Below, piece after piece: positions 1-13,149 of a stretch of 64,000 bases of DNA (positions within the stretch are counted from its first letter, which is position 1; the number at the start of each line of letters is the position of its first letter). The stretch spans positions 35,898,001 to 35,962,000 of the forward strand of contig NC_091477.1 of assembly GCF_036971445.1 (NCBI RefSeq), in the 5' to 3' direction. Position numbers and translations under genes: made by a program. Below the pieces are notes generated by a model. That model made no database searches, was not told the DNA's origin, and saw only the letters and a program-made list of their open reading frames with translations. Origin of the DNA: Narcine bancroftii. Lineage: Eukaryota.

Positions 1-1467
1 TAAAGGACAATAGGAATAAAAACCTAATTAGACCACCCAGAACAGATGTAGGAACCAGATTCAGCAAGTTGGCCCAGAAAAGTCCTTCACAGTTACGGGT
101 GCATAATCCTGGAATTCTCTCTCTAAACACTTGTGGGACTGTTTTCACCACAGGGACTGCAGTCTAATCATTACTCTGACAGGAAGATTTTAAATAAATA
201 TCCTTCCATATCTACTACAGGATGTGAAGAAAAACAGAAATATTTCAAGCTAACCTCAGAGTAAAAAAAAGTTACAGTTTGAAGGCAGGAATGATGCTGT
301 CATTCTGGCTGAAAATGGATGCTTATGAGGAGGTCAAATGACTTCATGTCTGGATTTGCAGATCTTGCAAATGCCAGCATAATTTAAACAAGATAGATAG
401 GACCTGAGTGTGGTTAAGAAAGAAATGTAAGGATTGAAAGCTCAATGGTTTTATGTAACTTCACCTTTATGCGACTTCATGCAGAAATGGAAAATGTAGC
501 TTTAAGTCACTAATGAGTCCAGCAAATGCACTAGTTTTCCCAGCTCCCAATACACTGAGAGTCAAACATACAGGCCCAGAACATGATGCAGTGCGACAAT
601 TACACTTTTCCCTCACCTTTCAATGGGCTGGATCATGTTGATCCAGTCTCCCAGTGCCTAGAAAACTCACCTGTGGTCTTTTTACTGCTGTATTTCATTG
701 GATTGGATGAGGGGGGGCCTTTCTTAGTGGCACTCCATCACCCAGATATTTGCAGTAAGGTCAGAGTAGCTGATTGCCAAGGTTCCAAGCTCTAAAACGT
801 CCATGATAACTGGCAAAATGAGTTGGGAGCCTGTGCAAAAACTGCCACATATAAATAACTTTATATGCCTTTGACATTAAGGGACATCTTAAATAATTAT
901 ATTTAACATTGAAGATAACTAAGGACACACTTGCACATTAATATCTATAAATAAGAAAGAGCAACTTTAATGACATCTACTTTGCTTCGTAAATCTCTGT
1001 TATGGTGCAAGACTCGAGACAATTACTTTGTGTGATGCAATTGGTATTGAACTCTGCTGCAGGATCTGAGAGTTTGGTAGTGAAACAAATAGAAAAATTC
1101 GGCCCTCTCAATTTGTCAGTGAGATTCAAATGCCTGTCTTTCATATTGCATCAAGACATCTTGGACATACTCCAGGTTTGTCAGCTACAGTCAGCAAAAG
1201 TCAGCACAGCCTGGACTCATTTTGCTCTTTATGACTACAAGTTGTTGCAGGAGAGAACAGGGCAAGAAGCTTCCAACAAGAGCAATATAGTGAATGAAAG
1301 AATCAATGCTTCATGTTTACAAGTAAATAGATTTAGGGATTAGAAAGAAAAATTGAATCAATTAAAATAAAATAGAGTCAATATTTTCCTTCCATCTGAA
1401 TTTGGAAAAGTGAGAACAATTCATTACCTAGTGGAAAGAAAGAGCTGACTTTATATTAAATGTACCA

Positions 1468-1602
1468 AAGTGTTGGAGAAAGTCAGCAGGCTCCATAGGA
1501 GGGAAAGATATATCAGTAAGGTGGGGCTCAGGCCCAAAACATTGGTTTTCCTCCTATGGATGAAGTGTGACCTGCTGAGTTTCTCCAACACTCTTGTGTA
1601 TT
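1468..1602. mobile_element. Short palindromic Penelope-derived element
   Basis: Inverted ends gtgttggagaaagtcagcagg ... cctgctgagtttctccaacac, the same termini as the Penelope element at 17541-18952. Confidence 0.7.
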
Positions 1603-3019
1603 TACTAGCAGAGTCTATATTGTTCTTTTTTGCTTGGCATTGTAGAAACATTGAACTCCTCAACAATTTCTGCATTGGAGAGTGGCACCCCATTAACCTT
1701 TCATGGGGTGCTTAATTTGCAATAAAAGCATTAATTTCTGAGACTAAAGGAGAGGCAGATCCAGCAATTTAGAGGACATCTCCTCACCACATGTTACTGA
1801 ATAAATCATACATTCAGTGCCCATATTTGCACAGTGTAGGTATGAATATTTAAATGAAAGGTCTCTGTATATTAGAAGAAACCTTATAGTAAGGAGTACT
1901 CCTTGGAAAATCTGTTGTCCTATACTTTTTTTGCTTTGTAGGGGATTAGAGGAGGGAGAGTGGGGTGGGGGGGCGGTTTACAGGGGGATCTTTCTGTTTT
2001 CTCATATACATTTCCAATATTTGAAATGCATTTGCAATATTGTAAAATGTGATTTTTTTTTTGTTGTTTTAAATTCATAATTTTTTTTAATCATACATTT
2101 GTAATTTATAACTCATTGTTATTTTCTCAGCAAAATGTGGGCCAGAGACGAGAGTCGATTCTTATTCATATCCAACTACACCTCATTTGAAATGCAGCAC
2201 AAAATACCCTTGAGCTAGCAATTTGCAATTATCATTCCAATTAATCAGAAGAATTACCCACATTATTTTAGCCATCAAAATTGTGGTAAATTGGCTTGGG
2301 CCATCACAGTCTGAAGGAGACACTGGAATCAATCTGCTGGAGGACCTCAGTGGGTCCGGCAGCATCAGTGGGAGAAAAAGCATGGTTGATATTTTGAGCC
2401 GAACCTCTTTATCCAGTAGCTTTAAGCTGTTCTCTTAATTTTCCAGTCAGTGGTGGAAGGGAAAATCACATATTGAAAGAAACTTTAAAGAAAGTGTTTC
2501 ATGATCATTTAAAGGGATGCCCAATGCCATTTTCCATTCTGGCTTTAAATCTCATGTTAATGGTTTAAAAAAAATCTGTGGCATTCAGGCTCAATGAAGA
2601 TAAAAAAGATAAGCAGCAGGTCACGTGGAACACATCTCACTGAACAGAAACCAGAACGTATCACCCACAAGTTATTATTAACATTGTAATTCATTCATAG
2701 GAACTGAATAATATCCAGAGCATTGACGAGATAATTTCATGAACTAAAGTCAAAGTATTTTTATCATCTGAAATATCAATGGAATTCTTAAATCATGGAA
2801 TGGAGGAATGGCACTGCACATGTAAAGAACAAGTTTATCGTGGCTAAATCAGATACGTTGTTATAAAAATATCTTGCGCTGAATTCAGAACAAAGATTGC
2901 AGCTCATTCAACAAGCTTCAATGCTTTTGCTTTTTTTAAAAAATGTTTTAAATAAATGTAGAATAAAAGTACAAAATTTACATTAACTCGTTAATTTCAC
3001 ATTCAGAACTGCGACACAG

Positions 3020-3660
3020 TTCCGGAAGTAAGAACCAAATGTAAATTCCATATTTTGGTTTGGCTGCTGGCAGAGACACGCCAGATGTTGCTGACAGTTT
3101 TTGGATCCTCATCAAATATCTGCAGGTGCACTGTGGCAAGTATACCAGCTGGTTGTATCACAGCCTGCTTTGGCACTTTAAGTGCCCAGGAATGCAGAAG
3201 GTAGCAAACAGAGTCAAGTCCATCACAGGCGCGAACCTCCCAATCAATGCTGACATCTTTGTGTGGAGCTTCCTCGGGAAGGCTAGCAAATTCATAAAGG
3301 ACCTCCATTATCCTGGTCACAACCTCTTTGCACTGCTGCCTTCAGGCAAAAGGTGCAGAAGCCCGACAACCAGCGCCTTTAGTTTCAAGAACATTTTCTT
3401 TTCGACAGCTATCAGACTCTTGATCCTTCCCTTGTTACACTAATCAGAAACTGCTCTGATAACACAAAAACACCACTATTGCATGCCATTTTTTGCCCTA
3501 GGATTACTGTGCATATTTATTATCTATCTTGGGCATTAATTGTCTCTCTTTAATTTAATTCAATTAGCTTATTATAAGTATTCTTTACACACACTGACTA
3601 CAACAAATCAGAATTTTGCTGTATATGATATATTGTGCCATGTGTATCACCATCATCCAT
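3020..3660 (+). mobile_element. Rex1/Babar-clade LINE, decayed 3' fragment
   Basis: Remnant ORF end (DLHYPGHNLFALLPSGKRCRS...SFKNIFF) is homologous to the other Rex1 copies in the window. Confidence 0.7.
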
Positions 3661-3719
3661 GAAATCCAGCCCAATAAAGTATTATGAGGCAAGATTAGCA
3701 GAGCTGGGACTCTTTTTTT

Positions 3720-4095
3720 TCTTTTGAGCGTAGAAGGATGAGAGGAGATTTCATAGAGGTCTACAAGATTATGAGAGGCATAGATAGGGTGGACAGCCAG
3801 TGCCTGTTTCCCAGGCAGAACTAGCAAACATTAGTGGACTTGTGTACAAAGTGAAGGGAGGAGAGTTTAGGGTAGACATCAGGGATAATTTTTTTTTTTA
3901 AAATGCAGAGAGTTGTGGGTGCCTGGAATGCCTTGCCAGGGTGGAGCCTGAAACATTAGGGGCATTTAAGAGACTTTTAGACTGGCATAAGGATGAAAGA
4001 AAAGTAGAGGGTTATGTGGTAGGGAGGGTTTAATACTTTTGAAAATAAAGGAATATAACATTAAGGGCTGAAGAGCCTGTGCTGTACTGTTCTAT
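3720..4095 (+). mobile_element. CR1 LINE 3' fragment
   Basis: RRMRGDFIEVYKIMRGIDRVD-type ORF2 end followed by a CR1 3'UTR tail (gggctgaagagcctgtgctgtactgttcta). Confidence 0.8.
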
Positions 4096-4388
4096 ACCAA
4101 TTCAACCTTTGTTTTTACTGGATTAAAAAAAAATAGTCATCCATGATGTATCTTTTCAGATACCTGTCCCATAAAAAAAATGTGATTTGACAAATGATCC
4201 TAATCCTTGTACATCTTGCTGAATATACTCATATTGACTGAGCCTCTTTAAGCTAAGACTAGCATATATTGATGCCTGGGATCAAACAATTTAGCACAGC
4301 CACGTTTTAAATGAATTATTTAATGTTCTCCATTTGCAAACAAAAACATATCATTTATTGTATTGTATTTATTGTATTCTTCACTATA

Positions 4389-4699
4389 CAGTAAAAGTCC
4401 TAAAATCCAGACGGCTCGGAGATTGGGTCAGTCTGGATTTTCGGATTATCCAGTTTCTCAGGCAGTTCTTTCAAAATTCAAATTTAAGGAAAATAAAGAA
4501 GAGATTAACAGGAAAATTTTGATAGTTCAGATAAAGTACAAAAAACACCAAATACATATTTATTCGTTCATGTCCACAACTTCTGTGCATCTGTGGCACT
4601 TTACACCTAAAAGCCCGCTAAATTTAAAAAAGTTAATCGAGAAGTCCAGATTCTTGGGTGGTCCGGATTTCTGGCATCCAGATTTTTGGACTTTTACTG
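4389..4699. mobile_element. Tc1/mariner (Tigger/pogo-type) MITE
   Basis: TIRs cagtaaaagtcctaaaatccaga / tccagatttttggacttttactg, flanked by TA on both sides (4387-4388, 4700-4701). Confidence 0.85.
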
Positions 4700-5436
4700 T
4701 ATTGTTCTCTGTTTCTTGCTCTCAATGCAAATGATGGACATTCGAAATTCATGAACATGAACATTTTGCCATTGATAATATATTGTTTAAGCAATGTTTA
4801 CTACAGTGATCTAACCCTTTTTAAAAAAAAAACTGTGCAAGTATCTGGAATTAACCATTAATGAGTAAATGGTGATTTTTTTAATTGATAATCTTAAAAC
4901 TGAATTTAGCACTTTGTGCTTTTCATGAAGGTATTGATTACTGTTGGATTTTGAGAGTGGTGGAACAGTTAAGTGGGTATTTTTTTCATGTTCAAAAGCA
5001 TTAGTGCTTGTTCACAGGTCGTCAGATACCATTAGAGCCAAATGCATGAAGTTTTCATTCAAGTAGCATTTTTAACAAGGCATCAGATGTTCTTCCAGAA
5101 CAAGGAGAAAAAAAATATTTTCTCCATCCAAGTTAAGAATTCCAATTAAATGTAACATCCCAGTTTTTCCACTTGTTTTACTCTTATTTGCAATTTTGCA
5201 AAATGATCAAATTTATATTTCAGAATATGTAACACAATGCATAATTTTGCATAAAAAGTTTGTAAAACAAGATTTAACTTTTGAATCTACACGATAGTTT
5301 AAATGTCTGTCAATTACTGCGAACATTGAGACTGATTTTTCCAAATTATTATTTTTACTTTGTACAGTGTTCCCCGTATGTTCATCTGATGATTGAGACA
5401 GCAGCAATGTGCAATTTAACCACACACTATACTCAC

Positions 5437-5528
5437 TCTTTCGGTGGGTTTAAGTCTTCAGGTCTTGTTTCAAAAAACTGGAGGACTTCATCACACTGAG
5501 AGATGTGGGCTGGTAGTCGGATCAGGGC
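5437..5528 (-). CDS. SH3PXD2B: Internal coding exon (equivalent to exon 5, PX domain C-terminus) of SH3PXD2-family gene
   Basis: 92-nt exon with acceptor gatgatttgcAG and donor GTGAGT (5431-5436). Phase 0 start continues the 48819-48895 exon in frame: [30 protein letters not shown](E). [17 protein letters not shown] matches Tks4/SH3PXD2B as I recall it. Confidence 0.93.
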
Positions 5529-5771
5529 CTGCAAATCATCAAAGCATTTGGGAGAGTTTTAATTTTCATAGCCACACATTGAGAAAGAATCACATTAAAT
5601 GTGAATCCTTGAAACTAACTCATCAACATTGGTATCTCAACTTCTGCATGATGTAAATTTCCATTCTCTTAAGAAAAAATGTATTCCATTCTACCATTAT
5701 GAAATCTTTAATATGCCATATATTTCTAATCAATTTATATTATATACAGATTTTAAATCACAAGTAAAAGA

Positions 5772-5890
5772 CAAAAGTCTGCAGACAGCATGGTTGAACT
5801 GGAGAAATTTAGCAGATCAAACAGTGTACTTTATAGAGCAAAGATAAAGACACATAACCAACATTTTGGACTTGAGCCCTTCAACGAGGA
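5772..5890. mobile_element. Single arm of a Penelope-derived palindromic element
   Basis: aaaagtctgcagac...ctggagaaa...aaagata...accaacattttggacttgagcccttc motif shared with the other copies. Confidence 0.6.
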
Positions 5891-5929
5891 AAGATTTTAA
5901 AATCACAACTGAAGACCCAAATAGAGAGA

Positions 5930-6830
5930 TTGCTGAAATACAAAGCTATTATTGTGGGTGATTGGACGAGTGAATTTGGTTAAATGTGTCCAGGAGAACT
6001 TCCTACAGCAAAGTGGATAGGCTTATAAGGAAAGGACAAGACTGGACCTTGCTGAAATGAAGTTTAGCACTGAATGAAGCTGGATAGGTAAATCGACACG
6101 GGAACACCATGGGGGCCAGTGACCACAATTCTATTAGCTTGAAGAAAGATATTATAAAGGATAACACTGATCTGCAAATTAGAATCCTAAATTGGGGCAA
6201 AGCAAATTTCAACAAGATTAGGCAAGAGTTGCCAACAGTTGATTGGACAGAAGTGCAACTGTGTGAAAATATTATTGCCAAATGGAAGGCATTTCAGGGT
6301 GCGACAAGGAAGATCCAGGATGAACATGTTCTCAGTGGGATAAAAACCACGAATGGCAAGGTAAATGAACATTGGTTATCAAGAGACAAAGAGGCTCAGA
6401 TCTGAAATGGGCAGACATGTTTGAGAGAATCCCTTTGAAGAATACAAGGAATGTAGGACATCGTGAGAAGAGAAATAAGGATGGCTAAAAGTAGTTTTGA
6501 GATGACTTTGACAGACAGTGCAAGGTAAAGAATAGGTCTCCTTCAGGAAGAACATGGGCTTTCAGAGGTAGAGTGAGAGATCTAAAATTAATATTATGTC
6601 AATGTGTTTACTATGGAGGAAGAAAAGCAGAAGGAGTAGGTGAGGAGGTTAATTAACAATGACCTAAGGAATGTCTGCATCTGTAGTGAAGAAATGTTAG
6701 CAGCCTTAGATCCTATCTACAATATTGGAGCCTTGACAGACATTTTTAATTCTTTGCAGAGGATGGAGAAGTCCTGACGGACTGGAGGTTAGCAAATATG
6801 GTGCCATCACTTAAAAGGTGCACTGATGAC
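5930..6830 (+). mobile_element. CR1 LINE ORF2 remnant (endonuclease end and linker)
   Basis: GASDHNSI and LNWGKANFNKIRQEL motifs, plus an EVL.DWRLAN.VP-like RT-proximal motif; multiple stops and frameshifts. Confidence 0.75.
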
Positions 6831-7457
6831 AACGGTCGATGACGATCTTAGTGAGTGGTTCTTTGCTCTTTGTTGATTCAGTATTCCCCCCACAATGGAG
6901 CTCCATGAGACAAGAAGTGACATTTGAATTGAGGCTCAACAAAAATTCACGTCAATCTTCTTGCCTTTCTCGCTTCACTGCCATTAGCAGATTTGTTGCT
7001 GTATGAGCTCCCGACAACAGTGATAAATTCAGTGCTGTATGTACTTCAAAGATAGCAGGAATCCCAGTCCCAGCTAGTTGAACAATTCCCTCAGCAATTC
7101 CTCATAGGACCACACATCAGATAAGTGATTCACAGGCGGATAACAGCCAAAACAGCCTCGTATTGAGCAATATAACGATTGGGGGAGCTCCACTTCTGAA
7201 AAATCATTCAGGAATGGTTCTGTTCTACAAGACAACAATCACTGAAAAGTTCAGTTTCACCAATTTTTAAACAGCAGCTGGATTTAATTCTCCCGCACAT
7301 ACCTCACAGGCACAAGAGACCAGAGATTTGCATCTCAGATCTGTTGGACGGCTCCACAAAGGAGTGTGGGTAGTCGCTGTTTAACTTGAAAGTGGTCTTA
7401 TCTGTGGCTTTGTGTTTTGTTCTTCCTCTGTGCATTTTTCTCCCCCACAAATAGTGT

Positions 7458-7836
7458 TGGCGGTGGTCAATGGGGCAGGCACCAAGAGATTTCTTTAAGC
7501 AGTCCTTGTACCTCTTCTTGGGTGCACCTCGGTCTCGGTGGCCAGTGGAGAGCTCGCCATAGAACACGATCTTGGGAAGGCGATGGTCCTCCATTCTGGA
7601 GACGTGACCCACATGGGCTCTCCGAACCCTTCTCCATTGACAACGGCGTGAAGCAAGGCTGCGTCCTCGCACCAACCCTCTTTACTATCTTCTTCAGCAT
7701 GATGTTGAAACAAGCCAATAAAGACGTCAACAATGAAGACGGTGTTTACATCCGGTACCGCACGGATGGCAGTCTCTTCAATCTGAGGTGCCTGCAAGCT
7801 CACACCAAGACACAAGAGCAACTTGTCCGTGAACTA
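7458..7836. mobile_element. RTE-clade LINE fragment with internal inversion
   Basis: 7458-7612 is the minus-strand ORF 3' part (GHVSRMEDHRLPKIVFYGEL...KKRYKD). 7613-7836 is plus-strand RT (SEPFSIDNGVKQGCVLAPTLF...REL). Confidence 0.9.
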
Positions 7837-7837
7837 A

Positions 7838-7965
7838 TTTAGACATGCAGCATGGTAAAAGGGCATTTCAGCCCATGAGCCCATGCCACACAATTAACCC
7901 ACACCCCCAGTATTTACTCGTGGGCGAAAATGGCCTGTTACCGTGCTGTATGCCTAAATAAAAAA
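7838..7965. mobile_element. Two SINE/CR1-type tails in inverted arrangement
   Basis: agcatggtaaaagggcatttcagcccatgag ... ctcgtgggcgaaaatggcctgttaccgtgct; related to the SINE tail at 49350-49420. Confidence 0.5.
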
Positions 7966-8736
7966 TTAAAAGGTTGGCCACCCTGCTAGGAGCAGACATT
8001 CAGCCACTGGGGCACTCAGTCTGCAGCTGATGCTTGAATAAAGTTTCAATAAACTTTGTGTTTGAATGAAATGGTGGCACCCAGGATGAAGAGCTGGCTG
8101 ATGTCGCTCACTGCTGGGGCGACTCTCCCGAAGTGTCTGGCTTGGTAAGAGTCTTAACTTTATTAGTATTACGTATATTAGTAAGGCTTCATCTGTAAAC
8201 TTGTTGGGGTGGGGGGTTAATTATGATGATGGCATGGTTTGTGCAATGCCTAATCCAGCACTGTTGCAGCACTCACAAATGGAGTTCAAATTTACAGGAA
8301 GGTGAGCAGAGGGCCTGACTTGGACATTAGCCTGGAGGTGACTTGGGTTGTGCCGAGGACATTACCAGGAGACTTGCATGGAGATGAGTCAGTTTGTCAG
8401 CACGAAGGGAGAGGTTTAATTATGAAGGCAGCATGGTTAGTGTACGGGTTAACGCAATGCTGGCATTCAAATTTAAATTTTGTAAGTTATAGGAATTAGG
8501 TGATTAAAGTGAACTTTACATAATTAAAGACTATAATCCTGATTTTTTTTTCAAATTACTTTACATTTTACACTCTCTTTTACCTTTTAAACAGTGTATT
8601 TTTAAAGCAGGTGTATTAGTTGGGCATTGGAAGAGTGTGTCTCAATCAACCAGAAAATTTGCATATCCGACATCAATGATCCCCGTAGGTGGCGGATCAT
8701 GGGGATTTTTACTGTATTGCCATTTCAATTACTGTA

Positions 8737-9328
8737 TCTTCTTCTCTTCTTTGGCTTGGCTTCACGGACGAAGATTTATGGAGGGGGTAAAAAGTCCACG
8801 TCAGCTGCAGGCTCGTTTGTGGCTGACAAGTCCGATGCGGGACAGGCAGACACGATTGCAGCGGTTGCAGGGGAAAATTGGTGGGTTGGGGTTGGGTGTT
8901 GGGTTTTTCCTCCTTTGCCTTTTGTCAGGCTCTGCGGTCTTCTTCAAAGAAGGTTGCTGCCCGCCAAACTGTGAGGCGCCAAGATGCACAGTTTGAGGCG
9001 ATATCAGCCCACTGGCGGTGGTCAATGTGGCAGGCACCAAGAGATTTCTTTAGGCAGTCCTTGTACCTTTTCTTTGGTGCACCTCTGTCACGGTGGCCAG
9101 TGGAGAGCTCGCCATATAACACGATCTTGGGAAGGCGATGGTCCTCCATTCTGGAGACGTGACCCATCCAGCGCAGCTGGATCTTCAGCAGCGTGGACTC
9201 GATGCTGTCGACCTCTGCCATCTCGAGTACTTCGACGTTAGGGATGTAAGCTCTCCAATGGATGTTGAGGATGGAGTGGAGACAACGCTGGTGGAAGCGT
9301 TCTAGGAGCCGTAGGTGGTGCCGGTAGA
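8737..9328 (-). mobile_element. Young RTE LINE, 5'-truncated, with 3'UTR and (GAA)-rich tail
   Basis: QLRWMGHVSRMEDHRLPKIVLYGEL and the C-terminal CNRCNRVCLSRIGLVSHKRAC zinc knuckle; tail reads gccaagccaaagaagagaagaag on the minus strand. Confidence 0.93.
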
Positions 9329-12300
9329 TATTAAATTATTAAGCAACATAAAAGGAAACCATTTGGCCTTCCGTTTATTCCACTATATAGAACAATCCCA
9401 TTACAAATGTTTCCTGTAGCCAATTATCCTCACGTTTTCACCAAATCTCTCAATGGCACAACCAAGTAATGAACAGTGTCCAGATTTGTCTTATATGGAT
9501 GTAGATTCACTAGCTCCAGCAGGACTCCCTGAGTAATTCTTCCCTGGACTGGATGACTAGAAAATGTATCCATTTTCACTTACACTGAAACATGTGCAAG
9601 TGTGTATGCTTCAGCTAAATTACAAAACAAAAATCTCAGTTGTGTTAAATAACAGGATGTCAGATGGCCTATGATGTTTACTCCAGCAGGTAAATCCATA
9701 CAGCAGAAAGAAAGTGGACAAATGTGGCCTCATACAATAGATTCTACTGAACACCAGACCAGATCCACATCTGAGAATTTTATGCATTCTAACCTTGATA
9801 GATTTTCATTGTTGCATTCAAAGGCTATTCAAGTTCTACTCTTAATAGGAGATGGGAGCCCATCAATAAAGTTACCAGTTACCATATTGGCAACCAACGT
9901 GCAGGAACTATTTCTTTGCCCTTTCGTATTCCTCTCTAACTTTTTATTTTAACCATCAATAAAACTTTTAATTGTATCTGCTACCAGTTGTCATAGCTCA
10001 ACATCCATTTTTGTTTGACATCATCTCAGAGAAGCAACTTTGGATTTTTTTTAAATGACATCCATAACATATCAATGTTATGGCACTTGCCCATTTACTA
10101 ACTGTTACTTTTGTGACATTCAGAAAGGAATGAGAATCAGGTGTCATTTGGGAAGGATGGTGAGTATACCTTAACTGAGCAAAAATCTATAAAATAAAAT
10201 AGGCCAAATACTTCTGTCACCTCAACTATGACTTTTTCCTCATTTCACTGGAAATTAAAGGTTAGAGAGAAAAATTAAAATTTTAAAAGCAAGATTATCA
10301 TACATAATTTATCAACACAAAATTAATACTTTGATCTTGATGCCTTGATTTTACAGAAATCAGGCACTTCTGGGTGCAAATGAAACATAATTCTTAACCA
10401 CATCAGTAAACAGCTCAAGGGGTTTCTTTGTATGTATGCCCTGTAATGGATCTGTGTTAATATTAATATTTAGGTTAATGTTAAGCTATATTTCATATAG
10501 AAATGTCTCAGTTAATTAAGTTTTAGAGTTAAAATTATTTCTAGTTAGTGAATTGTGGGCTAGATACAGGGTAACACACATGCCGCAGTACATTTGCTAA
10601 AACACTATGACAATAAGAGAGAGTTCATTCTTGGAGTTGACACTTCTGGAAAGTAGAGCCACAATAGAACTGAAGTGTTCTTAAATGAAACTCAAGGACT
10701 ATGTGTGGTTTCTTAAAAGTATTTTCTGTTATAAGCAACATTCTGATGACATGCAAGTATAAGCTGTCCCTAAGTCGTACATTCATTACCGGGGATTGCC
10801 CGCATTTCCTGGCAGATATTACAAAACAGACCAAAGAATGATTTAGAGGATCAGCCTGGTTAAGAAATGGGACTGCTGTTTTTTTTTCAAATTTATTTTT
10901 AGCTTTATAATAAGCCTCATCTTCCTGAAGAAGATCACTTTAAGAACAGAGACACATAACAAAGGGAAGTTACTTTTAGAAATTTCACTGCTGGTCAATG
11001 ACAAATGTTTATAAATGATCAGGTTGTTTTTTTTCATCTTCATGGCTAAAAGTGATGCCAGGTTATGTGATTGATGCTAAAATTTAAAAAAGAGAGTTGA
11101 AGATACATTTACAACTCTGGGCAAAATGAGACCATAACACCACATGATATAGGAGCAGATGTAGGGGCATAGATAAGGTAAATTGTAACGCTTTTCCCTC
11201 CAAGTAGGTGAACCTAAAACTAGAAGATGTGGATTTAAAGTACCTATCATAAGATAAAATAATGTTCAAAGGAGTAAGATTACAGATGAATTCCACTGTG
11301 TTTAACTGACAGAGTTGGATGGGAAAATACTTCAATGCAACAAAAATGCAGTGGTAAGTTTATTGGACTCATGTGGATTGTTCTGTTTAACTACGAAATT
11401 CAATGCAAATCAAATGTTAGTACTTACGTCTTGATAGTCTCAATGGCTTTAACAAGAACCATTGATAGCTACCAAGTCAATTGATATAAATTCTAAGAAC
11501 CATTCAAAGCTTGCCCAAATATCCCCAACAGTAATTTCTTTGGATTGTCACTTTCTAAAATGATACAATTTAAAATAATAAAATTTTACAATATTAAAAT
11601 GAATCAAATTAATCATGATAACTTGTAAATACTGTTTTTGAAAGTTTCTCCCTTCCTCCTATATAGTGGCAGAAATATTTTAATCCAGTATGTGTATTCA
11701 TGGACTAGGTTTGTCGCACTGTAACAAGATTGATGTGCAGTTATCTTACAAGCCAATATTTAGGTTGACCCAGGAGCAAGCAGCAGTGGAAATAGAAAAC
11801 CTTAAAAAAGCAGCAGAGATCAAAGAAAACCAGGCTTATCTGTGCTCATCTCAATTCACTAAATGGATCACAAATTGTTCACTGAAATAAACTTGAAATA
11901 GCTATAGACTGTTTTCACCACAGTCAAATTTCATGCCACCTCATATAAAAAGTCGATTGCTCGTTTCAAAGTGTAATAGGAAGAAAGAGATGCCAAATGA
12001 ATTGGATTTACTAAATAAAGTGCAGCTAATTCATTAGTCACACTTCATTCAATTTCTGACATGTCAGGCATAGTTCATTCATCTGTTAAAAACATCAGCA
12101 AAGTCTTGGCTATGAAGGCCAACAACTGGTTCTCTCGCAGTGTGCTCTCTTCGTCTCAAGAGTTTCCAATACAAAGCCAAGAGATTTATCAGACTGAGAT
12201 CCACAGATGAATCCATCAGACTTCATCTTTTTAGAATTCTGTGCTACTAATATAATGATCCTTGTAAGAAAAGTCTATGTTTTGCTAAATGCAGCTTGCC

Positions 12301-12701
12301 ACTTGAATTTGCTCCCAAGACTACTTAATTGGCTCTCATTTACTTAATAATGCACAATTCGCTGAACAAGAACACCAAAATCTTGTTCAGTGAGGCTCCA
12401 TGTGACTAGGCCAGGATAAGTCCTGCCATGAAAAATCCTAGATGACTCTTAACAGATCACAAGGCCACACCCCCAGATTTGCCACCTGTCAAATTTCCTA
12501 TATCCCTAAGTACTCAAATCTATGAAAAAAATTTTAGTTCAAGTTTGTTTTCTCATGTACCAAGTTTCTTTTGTGGGTAGTGCAGCTGGACATCCCATGC
12601 ATAGCACAGCAAGTAAAAATAAATGCAAAGTTGCAGAGACCAATTCGTGCAGATCAAAGGCAACATAATTTAAAAGTATAGTCTACAGATGCTCTAATGG
12701 T

Positions 12702-12857
12702 GTAAAAACACACAGTAAATGCTGGAGGAACTCAACCTTCAAGAAAGGCTCAGGCCCAAAATGTCAGTACTGTAACATATCTTTACCTCCTAGGAGATTT
12801 CGGGCCTGAGCCCTTCTTCAAGGTTGAGTTCCTCCAGCATTTACTGTGTGTTTTTAC
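12702..12857. repeat. 61-bp near-perfect inverted repeat (Penelope-derived)
   Basis: 12702-12762 vs the reverse complement of 12797-12857: 3 mismatches, 34-nt spacer. Confidence 0.9.
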
Positions 12858-13149
12858 GAACAATTTTAAAGAATTTAAATAAGTTATTAAAACGTGCAAA
12901 TCTGAAGAAACCTAAAAGCAAACACTAATGATTCAAGCAATCAGGGCAGCCAGTTTCTAAATAAGAGCCTGTTCAGGGTTCTATCCTGTTCAGTGTGGCC
13001 TTGGGTAGGGCATCTACCCAAAGGATAGATGTGGGTGCATCTGACTTCTTTCCCTGCTACTTGATAAAACATCATACTCAGAGGCTTCCTGTAATGTCTT
13101 GAACACCTTACATCCAACCACTTGATGTAGTACTGGTCTGAGCTAGCAC

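Noticed and set aside
1-5430. Next SH3PXD2 exon (short basic linker exon)
   Set aside because: I found no 26-29 nt AG/GT-bounded segment encoding an EHIGKKKS- or DYGSSKRKS-like peptide. It is probably beyond the window, though a tiny exon could be missed by eye.
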